DNA of 64,000 nucleotides from assembly GCA_009103225.1 (NCBI GenBank), contig RHPI01002402.1:434001-498000 (forward strand), written 5' to 3'. Of this stretch, positions 46,926 to 58,200 are shown in pieces. The notes under the pieces are model-generated. The model ran no database searches, was not told the DNA's origin, and was given only the letters and a program-made list of their open reading frames with translations. The stretch is from Chlorokybus atmophyticus (lineage: Eukaryota > Plantae > Mesostigma and Chlorokybus algae). Made by a program: the position numbers and the translations under genes. Numbering within the stretch: the stretch's first letter is position 1; each line of letters starts with the position of its first letter.

Positions 46926-49900
46926 ATGTGGCGAGCTGCTGCGCGGTACAGGCGCGCTTTTCTTCGGGACCTGAGGGTGCGGGGAGGCGGTAACAGTGCT
47001 AGCAGTAGCGCGAGCGCTCATGAAACGCCGTCTACCTGCCAGCAACGGGTTCAGCGGTCGTTGTACACAGCGCCATCAAGGTAATTGAGTCAGTACAAAC
47101 CGTTTCTAATTTTTGACCTCTGATCACAGTTGCTGGTCTGTTTCCTGGTCGTGGGCACATAGCACGCAGCAGTCGCTGCTGAGCGCTCATTCACAGGGCA
47201 TACAGCAACAAGACATTATAGGTTTTAGCAGTTGCAGCAGTACATCACACTCCATGCCATGTAAGCTGAATCAGTTGCTTGTCCAACATAGCCAACAAAT
47301 GGCAATCCTCTGTTATGAAGCACTGCTGGCTAGCCTCTTTTTTGAATGACAAGCATGTGGGTTTACTCCGCATGCAGAATGTGTATAGTTATGTGGTTGG
47401 TAATGGAGCAACCGCACTGCAAGTACGTTTCTACAGTTGGGTGGTCATATGCTCCACGTCATTGTCGTCTTCACCATAGCTTCATCATAGCTTACTGTTT
47501 TTTCGGTTGGTGCATGACCGCAGTTCCGGGAGTACAGATGGAGGGTTGTTACGCACAGCACAGAGTGGTCAGGTGCATGTGCAGGTCATGACCGGGCTTG
47601 TGAGATCCCTTGGTGACTTTGTCAAGCAAACCACTGGTGTGCAAGGCTGGTTCAGAGAGAATGAACAGGTTGCCAGTCTGGTCCGGCGGTACCCACAGGG
47701 TCAAAGGCCTGGTCCAAAATTCACTGCGCTGCGCTCGGCAGCATTCGCTCAACAAGCAGCAGCAGTTGCTGTCCCCGAAGTTTCTGCGCTTGAAGGTGCC
47801 CAGCAGGCGTCTGTGCGTTCCTCAAGGGTTAGTGATGCAGTCATTGCTGAGTCCAAGAAACAAAGGCAGGACATGGAGGAAGCGCTTTATGAAAAACAGC
47901 TGCGCCTGGAAACGCGCGCTGTCGATGAAGCTGTAGATCGATACAAAAAGCTCTTGCAAGAGGCGGGACAAAGGTACTGTGGTGTTTGTTTGCGTTGGCT
48001 CTTTGGTTAAGAGCATGCAATGTGCTAGGTCTCATCGCTTGTTGCAGGGGTGAGGTAACTTCTTTGAGGCCTTCCAAGATGTTGGCGGCAAGATGGTTCC
48101 GGAGGTTGCAAGCTGCCATTGCTGAAGAGCAGGTCAAGATTTTGCAGCAGGAAAAGGGCGTGGACAGGGGGCTGTATGGTCCATATCTGATGATGCTGGA
48201 TCCCGCCAAGTTGGCCGTCATCACTTTGCACACCACGCTGGGTATCATGTTGTCGGGAGTTCAGGAGAATGGGTCAGCACGCGTTGTGCAGGTATGCTTT
48301 GTGCATTTACCATGTGTCCATGGTTGACAAGCAAATACTCTCAACGCAAGCATGCTTGTCGCTGATGCACAGAGGAATGCTTGCTGACTGCAGGTGGCGA
48401 TTAACGTCGGCAAAGCAGTTCAAGCACGTGCAAATCTGGATGCATTGCAAGAAAAACTGGACTCCAGCGGGGAAAATAGCGAAAGGCGGAAGCGCATTCA
48501 GTCCATCATGAAAGCATTGTCCCCTAAGGGTCCCGGCAACCCTGGCGAGGTACAGCGATTGGAGAATTTGGTTGTTTGCAATCACATGCGGCTGTGAAGT
48601 TGACCTTGTCTGTGCTAGTACACATGTCATTCATGTTATCGCCCTTTTGCAGGTTCGTTTGGTGAATAAGAACTTGCGATTGGCCATGATGGATACAGAT
48701 TGGCCAAATGAGGTGGCGGCAAAGGTTGGCTCTGCACTTGTCAAGCTGCTGCTCCAAACAGCATTTGTTAAGTCGCGCTCGCGAGTCGGTGCAGATGGCA
48801 TGTGGGAGCATTATTGCATACCTGGGTCCTTTTTCATTGACCCCGTTAAGTATAAGCAACTGCATTTAAAAACCGCGCGTAAGATAGAAACAGATGAGTT
48901 AGAGGTTCAAGACTTGTCCGAGTCGGTGGATGCACCTGGTGGCTATGAACCAGCCTTCAAGCATTGCTACATCTTAGAGAAGAAGGCATCTCGCCGCTAC
49001 GGCTATCTGGTTTGTCACAAAGAGGTTCTTGCAATGGTCAAGGATTCGGAGTTGTTGCAAGAAGTATGCACACCGCGTTACCTTCCGATGGTTGTACCGC
49101 CACGAGATTGGACTTCCTACAACACTGGTGCCCACCTCCGATTGCGAGCAACTGTCATGCGGACAAGGGGTCACCGAGTGCACCTGGAGGCATTGAAGCA
49201 AGTTCCTCCTCAGCAGTTGCGGCCTGTGTACAAGGTATTTCTAATGTTGATGAACTTGTGCGTTACCCTCGTCTGCTGTTAGGTGTGGTCACTGATATCT
49301 CTTTGGCACAGGCTTTGAACGTCGTCGGCAAAGTGCCGTGGCGGATAAACAAGCCTGTGTTGGATGTGATGATGCGTGTATGGCGCGAAGGTGGTGGTGT
49401 TGCTGAAATACCACAAAGGAAACCTTTTGACATACCACCTCCGCCAGCTGTGGCCAAGGACAGTGAGGCGTACACTGAATGGAAGCGACGGGCAGCAAGG
49501 ATACGACGCAACAACCGTGAACTGCATTCGCTTGTCTGTGACACACAGTACAAGCTTCAGGTGGCTAGGGATTTGTGCGCGTACGAAAAGTTCTACTACC
49601 CACACAACCTTGACTTCCGTGGGCGAGCTTACCCTCTACATCCTTTTCTGAATCATCTCGGCTCTGACATGTGTCGAGGAACCTTGGAGTTTGGTGAAGG
49701 TCGTCCTCTCGGCAAAGCTGGCTTCAAGTGGTTGGAGATACATCTGGCCAATGTTTATGGGAATGGCGCCAACAAGCTGCCATTGAAGCAGCGAGAAACG
49801 TTTGCGAGCGAACATTGGGATGAGGTGCGTCTGTAAACCTGGCTGGTTATTTCCATAACAGTTGTCAATTGGGGTGCTAATGCTTGAGCTGGTCTCGCAG

Positions 49901-51199
49901 ATTTTGGACTCAGCGCATTTCCCATTGGATGGACGGCAGTGGTGGAAGGGCGCTGATGACCCGTGGCAGTGTCTGGCCACGTGCATAGAGCTGACGGACG
50001 CTTGGCAACATGCAGAGACTCATGGCACCATGGAATCGTTCATTTCGCACCTTCCGGTACACCAGGATGGTTCTTGCAATGGCCTTCAGCACTATGCCGC
50101 GCTTGGTCGTGATGAAGTTGGAGGCGCAGAGGTATGAAGCCATTGTGTACTTTATCCTTGCCCCCTCTCCCCCGCATGCACGCGCTTTCATGGGTTGGTC
50201 CTTTTGGCTGCATGCATGACATGGTTGCGAGTATGTTGATATGCAGTTGCTTGGAATGTGCGCGTGTGTTGCACATCTTGCTCGGGTAAGGAGACCTTTC
50301 AAGTTAATCAAATTTACGACCCCATAGTGCACTGTGTGCAAGCTATCTGCACTAATGCTTGCATTGGGGCGCAGGTGAATCTTGTTGTAGCAGATAAGCC
50401 TGGTGATGTGTACAGCTCTATAGCGAGAGCGGTTGCCGAGAGGGTCAAGCAGAAGGCTGCACAGGGCCACCAGTACGCGCAGCTATGCGACGGCCATGTT
50501 GACCGCAAACTGGTGAAGCAGACCGTCATGACATCCGTCTATGGTGTCACGTTTGTTGGGGCAAGGAACCAGATTATGGCCAGGTTGAAAGAGAAGAATG
50601 TGATTGCGGATCACAGGGAGCTGTATCTAGCAGCCTGCTACATGGCACGAGAAACGCTGGATGGCCTGGGCGACCTGTTCACATCAGCGAAGACCATCAT
50701 GGAATGGCTGAGCAAGTGCGCCAGGCTCATCGCCTTGAACAAGAGGGCTGTTACATGGGAAACGCCGCTCGGTCTTCCTGTCGTGCAACCCTACCGCAGG
50801 CCTGCGCACCGCACGGTTCGCACGCTGCTTCAGTTGGTGACAGTTGCCGTCGATGACATGAAGGAGCCCGTGAGCGTGCAGAGACAGAAGATGGCCTTCC
50901 CGCCCAACTACGTGCACTCGCTGGACAGCTCGCACATGATGTTGACGGCCGTGAAATGCGCGGAGAAGGGACTCTGCTTCGCGGGCGTGCACGACTCGTT
51001 CTGGACGCACGCGGCCGACGTGGACGTCATGAACCAGACGCTCCGCGAGGAGTTTGTCCGCCTCCACAAGCGGCCTCTCCTTGAAGAGCTGCTTCAGCAC
51101 TTCCAGCGGGCGCATCCGGATGTGCAGTTTCCTCCCATCCCTCCGCAGGGGAAACTGGACGTCAATGCCGTGCTGACTTCGCGGTACTTCTTCAACTAG
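46926..51199 (+). CDS. RPOT: Nuclear-encoded phage-type (T3/T7-like) organellar RNA polymerase, probably mitochondrial
   Basis: Motif A PVHQDGSCNGLQHYAAL, motif B RKLVKQTVMTSVYG, motif C GVHDSFWTH, HNLDFRGRAYP, FPPNYVHSLD. Exon 1 MWRAAARYRRAFLRDLRVR is an Arg-rich amphipathic presequence-like peptide. Early internal exons are less certain. Confidence 0.95.
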
Positions 51200-52272
51200 C
51201 CATAGTTGTTAGGCACTCGCACGCTAGGGGGATCGCACTGCGTCCTTGACGGACCGTACAGGTAGAGCACCATTCTTGCGGCACTGTTTGACACGAACGT
51301 ATTGCTGCCTTACTACAGCACATGCCACAGCAGCAGTCACATGGAGCACACTTAGTTCATGCTTTCGACCTGGCTGGCAGAGTTCAGCATGCAGTTGTGG
51401 CCATTTCTTATACATGCAGCTGCTTGCTTGTGCGGAAGTTGATTGTGTGGGCTAGCAGCTTTATGCACTGGCAATGCTTTGGAGCCGACAGTGCGAGTTG
51501 CTTGGTGTTTATTCTGCGCATACGAGCTCCTCGCTCAATGTCTAGAATGCCTGCATGCACATGCTGTGTTGGCGCGCATGATGCATGTGCACGCCGTTCG
51601 TTCCACTTGCACATTGCAACAAACATAAGCGATCATGGCTGTAGTTGCCTGTAGGCTGGAACCATACCTACCATGCATACAATCAGCAGCAACCTAGTGC
51701 GTGACCAATGTCCCAAAGACGCAGGCCGGCCCACGCCCCTAAGCCACCAACACACCCATCAGTACTGCACGTAAACCGCGCATCTGTGTTGCTGGCAGCA
51801 GCAGGTCCCACCCTTCCTTCGACACGTGATTGCTGTCCATCAGCTCAACAGCAACCATCACTGCGTGTGCGACACGCAGACACAGACACAAGTACTGTAG
51901 GTGAAATGCAGAGCAGGCCAGCGCATGGTACAAGCAGCAGAGACAATCATTATCAAAGCAAGGCATGTAGCTGCACGGCATGCTGGACCCGTGCATGCAC
52001 TTGTGCAGCACTTGGGCGTTTGCCTGCTTGTGTGCTCTCGCGCGTGTGGGCGCACACACATGCCCGTGTGCACAGTTCAGTAAGACCTACGGTTGAACAG
52101 GCGAGGCAGAGCAGGGCTGTGTCAACAGAGGCCAGCATGACATCACCTAGTGCGACCATGTGCGCAGGTGGTTTTTGATGTTCAGGCCCTCATGCGCAAC
52201 AGCGCGATTGAGGGCACAAACAGCTCACTGCTTGCGCAAGACTAACGTTGCTACTGTGTGTGTGCGGACTAC

Positions 52273-52731
52273 TTAGGCTGTACATACACACTGCCGAGTG
52301 ACTTTTTCGTTAAACCTGTGCACCACTGCATCTGCATTACCGGCACTGCGCTTGGGTCACTTGTTGGTGCGTGTTCGCTGGGTGTTCATTAGCGCAAGCT
52401 CAAACGTGCATCACATACCGCACATCCTGACACCTTTGTGTGGTGATGTTGGTAACTTCTTGCCTGTATAGGGTATGAGTCATATTCATACATGCAGTCT
52501 GTGCACACAAACGGACAACAACAACAACAGTAACACTCGAGCGAACAAGCAAGGCATCACACTTACATTACACCCCGGGGCCACCGCACTACTCTGTACC
52601 AAGTGACCTGCGTGCAATGCAATGCCGTTGGTGAAGCAGGCAGTAGCAGTAGCAGCAGCAAACACCAACCAACCGACCTGAGAGAGCACAAGTGTGGCTT
52701 GTATGTGTGTGTTCTATACCGCACGCACCAT
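52273..52731 (-). CDS. Candidate unannotated small secreted Cys-rich protein (~88 aa), 4 exons
   Basis: Exons 52731-52729, 52677-52567, 52498-52419 and 52345-52273 join through GT-AG introns of 51, 68 and 73 nt, giving a hydrophobic N-terminus, six Cys and two N-x-T sequons; no homology evidence. Confidence 0.3.
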
Positions 52732-52863
52732 GACACAACGCCGTCAACAAGAACTACCCTCCCCACCCCTCCACCAACGCCCACAAGGCGGCGGCCTGCT
52801 GCTGTCCTCGCAGCAGCAGCTGCTGCCGTAGCGGCGGAGGCGGAGGCGGGCCTGGGCATAGCC

Positions 52864-54546
52864 ATGAAGCGGCAGCGCAAACGCAGGCGGCTAGATCAAG
52901 AAGACGAGGGAGAAAGAGAAACTGCGCTAGCAGAAGAAGGACATGAAGACGCAGGCAGACGCAGACGAGGACGAGGACAACCACAAAGCCGAGGACGACC
53001 ACAACGCCGAGGACGGACACGAGGAGAAGAACCACATTCTGCGGCCCCTACTGTTCCTCCGCCTCCTGTTGCTTCTACCGGCGATGGCGATGTGGTGGTG
53101 CTGTTCGCGCACGTGGCGGGCGCAGGCTCAGACCACCCGTTCATGCAGCGGTAGGTGCATGCAGTGGTGTTGCATGCGTGTGGGGGTACTTGATCATTGA
53201 TGCAACACAAGTAAAAGATATGGCGAGTCTGTGAGACGCAGGAGCATTGTGCACTTGGTTTCGCTTCGTTTACGCTGGGTTAATTTGTGTCTTTGCTACA
53301 CACCCCACATGGCATGTTGGGCGCTCGCGCATGTGTGCACATTTGCGACCAGCAACAACCCGTTTGTTGCCTGACCCATACCTTAGGACGCCCCTGAGAA
53401 TCACGATTGTAACAGGTGGCGAGACCTACTGCTGGCCAAGCTGCCTGCCAAAGAGGTCTGCCTGTTTGACTATCCATGTGAGCAAGCAGTATCGTAGACA
53501 TGAGACTTCACTCATGCTTGCAACAATACACCCGCAGCTGCATTTGTATACTTGCATGTATGCTAGCCAGCCTGCGCCGCCTCGTGCGCTCTACAGCCAC
53601 AATGGGGCTACTGCTCACCATCAAGTCTCTCAAAAGAATTGGGTGTATGTGCACCAGATCTGGAGGGTGGGAAGAAGAAACCACCTCCAAAGGCAGAGAA
53701 GCTGGTGGATTTCCACTCGGAGTTGTTGAAGGCGCTGCGTGAGAGGCATCGCTCCTTAGGAAAGCCGGTCGTATTGTGCGGCAAGTCCATGGGCGCAAGG
53801 CAAGACTGGACATCCTTTGTCCTGGTCATTGTTGCACGCACATGCATGCGTACGTACAGGCAGGTACGCACACACACGCACGCGCACGCACACACCTACA
53901 CGCACAGGCACGCGCACAGGCATGTGCACTCGCACAGGCGTGCGCACGCACACGTATGCGCACGCCCCCCCCCGCACATTCACATGCACACCTATTACCT
54001 GCGCAGGGTCAGCTGTATGGTTGCTGCAGAACACCCGACCGAAGTCACTGCCGTCATCTGCTTGGGGTATCCCCTGAAGGCAAGTCTCAGCAACCCGTGC
54101 CAAAAAGCATCGTTGAGTGTCACGCGAGATGAGAGCATTCCTTGGCATTGTTGCAGGGTCCGAAAGGGAAGCTCCGCGATGAGGTGCTGGTTGACACGCG
54201 GGTGCCAGTGATGTTTGTGCAGGTGTGCGTGTTGGTACTGTGGGTTGATCAATGTGTCTCACCTCTGGCTAGTTGGCGGTGCCACGCTATAGAGCTGTCA
54301 TGTTGGTGACACGCTCACGATAACACACAGGGTTCCAAGGACAGCATGTGTCCTCTGGACCTGCTGCAATCAGTGCGCGACCGCATGCGAGTTGAGACCG
54401 GCCTTCACGTCGTCGAAGGCGGAAGCCACTCTCTTGAGGTCGGCAAACGGCGGCTTGGGCAACTTGAGATGACTCAGAGTGATGTTGACAGTGCAGCGGC
54501 AACGCAGGTCGCCAGCTGGTTACGAAGCATTCTTACTGCGCGTTAA
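52864..54546 (+). CDS. KANSL3/Tex30-like alpha/beta hydrolase with a basic N-terminal extension, 6 exons
   Basis: FAHVAGAG, LFDYPY, GKSMGAR-VSCMVA (nucleophile elbow), ICLGYPLK-GPKGKLRDE, VPVMFVQ-GSKDSMCPL, VVEGGSHSL; Ser-Asp-His candidates all present. Confidence 0.9.
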
Positions 54547-55231
54547 ATTGTAATGATCGTCTGCCAGCACCATGCAGCAGTGTGGACACTTGCGCACATT
54601 TCTACAACATGCACACGAATGTGCTCATACACATGCATGCACATAAGCGAGCCTGGTGTAGCTTGAAGTATAATGCAGCTTCATCCATGTGACCACACCA
54701 TTATGCAAGGCTTTTGTAAACCATCTGTTGCACTGGCGATTGGCCGCTGGCAGCACACGGTTGCTCCATGCAACAAACACGCATCCGACAGTGACGAAGC
54801 TGGGCACTGTCCTGTGAGCACCTACTTGGATTTGGACGCGTGCCCCAGGTATGCACACACCACCTTTGCACAAAAGCTTCGCACAACACTGCATCGCATT
54901 TCTTTATGCATACGGTGTGCTTTCACTGACAACTACACAGCCTGCCCTCGCTGTGTACCAACCGCCCCATTGACGTTAATGTGGTACACAGGCAAGGGCA
55001 GCTACTGCGAATGTCTGCCAAACACTGACTGTGCACATACTGTGCACAGTCAAGGCAAGAAACGCATAGCATGTTCACTGCATGATACGTAGTCTAGGCC
55101 AGTACGATTGCTGACTAGCGGCAACGCCACAAGCAGGTCTTGTTTGCTCAGCATATAATACAATACCACAGTACAAGGCACTGCCAACAATAACTTATTG
55201 TCACTACGTGATGATATCGGCGCTCTCACCA

Positions 55232-58200
55232 TCATGCGGCGCCAACTTGCTCCACTTGTGAACACACCAACGCAGCAGCAGCAGCGCCACCTTTCGGTGT
55301 CGAGTAGTCGAACATAGCCAGTGCCAACTCGAGCAGCTTGCGCGCTTGCAGTGCTTTGACTAGCTGGGTCAAAGCATCGGCGGGGATGTGTTGCAGCCAG
55401 GCCGGCAATCGAACAGCTGCAATGGTAACAAACCCAATGGCATACGACTCGGATGCCATCTGCCGGTCAACATCAGACCTGGAGTTTTGCAACAACCCGG
55501 CAATAAACCGCCAATGCTTGGCTAAAAGGAGCTGACACGACATGTCCACATCATCGGATTTGGTTGCTCCCATGGACACCGCTGTCGCCGTCGCTGCGAG
55601 GAGCGACAGCGAGTAGCCCACAAGTGTTGCTGCCAGACCGCTTTCTGTTGTCTGCTTGAGAATGAGCGGGATGAGCTGGTTCAGTAACTGATCGGGAAAT
55701 GCGGCCCCACAATCCAAATGCAGCAGAGCGCCAGCGAGCATGCCGGCTTTAACAGGGCCGGATGCCATGGCCGCAAGCTGCTTGGCACTATCAGCCCCAG
55801 GAACAATGCTGTGCGGCTCATTTGCTAAGTCCTGTACAGAGCTCACCACAATCTGGACCAACAAACAGAGTTATACAAGTTAGCAACTGCGTGAGACGCT
55901 ACTGACAGGTGCAGCTGTGTGTGCACTTGTGGGTTGAAGGCAGACGTCATACCTGCATCAGAGCAGGATGACTGCGCGATTCCGGGTAAACGGCAAATAC
56001 GCGCGACAGCAGCATCCACGGTGTCTCGCGCAGCACGGAGTCATGCCAGCGGGCGATGTACGCCGGAGCAAAGCACCGCCTGACAGCTTGCCGCATTAGC
56101 GACATGCAACTGCCGCAAGACAGCGCTGCAGCTTCAAACGCCATCATCGCGCGTGGATGTGCATCAGAACCCGCGAGCCGCGCCGATGCAATGGGCAGCA
56201 TTGGCGGAGGTGAAAAGCTCGCCATGCGCATGATCAAGGGGGCAACGGTTGTGTAAATCTGAGGCACAAGGTGCGGCTGCAAAGAATGGGGTGAGTGATG
56301 GGGTATCAGTCAAGGATATGCCTATGATGATGTTATTACGAGTCCTCACATGGTTACACGATGTTACACCTATTTACTTACTGGCAAGCGAGCCAAAACG
56401 GATAGCAGTGTCGCACATGGGAAAGAGATAACAGACGTTGTGGAAAAGGCGGGGGTCGGGTCAGCGAGCTGACTATCATTGAAGAGTCCGCCACTGGAAG
56501 CTGCTGTTGCAATCAACGTCTGCATGGCCTGTACAGAAGACACCTCTGTTCACGCACATGTAGCGCATACAATGCTTGGACCACGCGACGCCAGAACAAT
56601 AAACAGAATAGATGACCTGCCAGTCACTGGGAGGGATTGCGGAAGGAAAGTCGGTGTTGCTCAGTGGGATTGTCAGCCAGTCTCCGGCATGTGCCTCCGT
56701 GCACAGGAAGGCGGTGACAGCCATTGCCACTGCAGGTGTGTGTGCAATGAACTGCGAAAGTCCTGCCACAGAAGGACAACTCACCAAGCTGTGTTGAAGT
56801 TTGACAAATGCAGCAGTGACAACCGAGAAACTGCAACTCACCAGTAAGCAGGGCTGAGGGCCCTATGCGGCTGCCGGCACACGCCATGAGTGCTTCTCGA
56901 ACAACAGCCGGCGCTATCAGCAGGATCTCCCATGATGACTGTACAGTGCTTGCGGCGTTGATGCGCAATGCTTGGAGCTGATCGGCAGCCCCAGGGACAT
57001 GTTTCTCGAATAGCACTGCTAACACAAGGTCCACCATCGCCTGCAAGCCAGCAGTAGGCATTAGTTGACCCACTAGCTGCCAAACACGTTCAATCTTATG
57101 GAACTATGATGCACCCAAAGCCGAGACCTGTGCTCGCTGTGATGCTGGACTGGCAATTGCAGGTGCCAAAGCCCCAGCTCTGTAGGCTGAGATCCACTGC
57201 CGGAAGCAACCCAGACCAGAGCTGATGGTGTAGTCCACTTCATGCAGGCTCTCTTTGGCAGCATATGGACCCCTAGCATCTGTTGGCACACCCATCTCAG
57301 TCTCAGGCCAGTGCGCCATCAGCCCAAACAGCATGGCTGCATACAGGCGACACGTACCCCACCATCGTTTGGTCACAACATCCCAAAGATCATCTTCCAC
57401 GTGCGCGTCACTTGACATTCTGTGAGAAGGACTGTTTCCTGGAGGCGCAAACACCTCCAGCATGCGCATGAGAAGCAACAAGGCACTGGAGAAGATTGCC
57501 TCTGCCCGCACATGACCTGCGTTGGAAGGCGGTTGGCATCTGGTAAACTTGTTGTGCAGCAATGTGCTACTACCTGGCATGGAGGCCGAAGCAGCATGAC
57601 TGTGTATGGTCGTTGGACAGCCGCCAAAGACGTCGCAAATAGGCACCAACGCGGCTGCGAGTTGAGGCAGCTGCCCGTGTAAGTTGATGATTTCTAAAAA
57701 GTTGCCGCAAGCCAGTGTCGTCATGACCGCGAACAGACGGACACTGTGCTCCAGAAGATGGCATCCAGGGTATGAAGCATCGGTGCTCGATGGCTCAGGG
57801 CGCAACAGCTGCAGGAGCAGCTGTATAGCTTCCGCCTGCAGCACGACTTGTTAAGCCTATCTTTGAGCTATTCGCGGCGAGAATACTCAGTGAAACCCAA
57901 CACCAGATTAATTGTGATGACTGCTTCAAGTTCACTACCTACTCAAGGGAGAAGGGAGTGATAAGCGCATGAACAGTGCATCATCTACTTGTAGCTGCCT
58001 CCAGCCGGACATGTTGGCGGATTTTGCATCCCTCGCAAATAGGACTGAGCAAACTACCTGACCCTTACCTGAAACTGATATTCTCGCAGGACTGTGTTGC
58101 AGACGCAAGCAGCCTGCGTGACGCCTTCATTGCTCACAGCAAGTGCATCGGTGTAGGCGGTTTGCAGGTCGCGCAGGCTGTGCACACACGCAAGGCATGT

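Noticed and set aside
52148-52227. Selenoprotein reading: splicing 52287 to 52228 gives ...RQC-TGA-AVCALNRAVAHEGLNIK (CU/UxxC-like)
   Set aside because: I could not find a SECIS element (RTGA-N11-13-AA...GA with a pairing helix) downstream, the peptide matches no selenoprotein family I know, and a simpler unspliced stop gives RQCVCTA*
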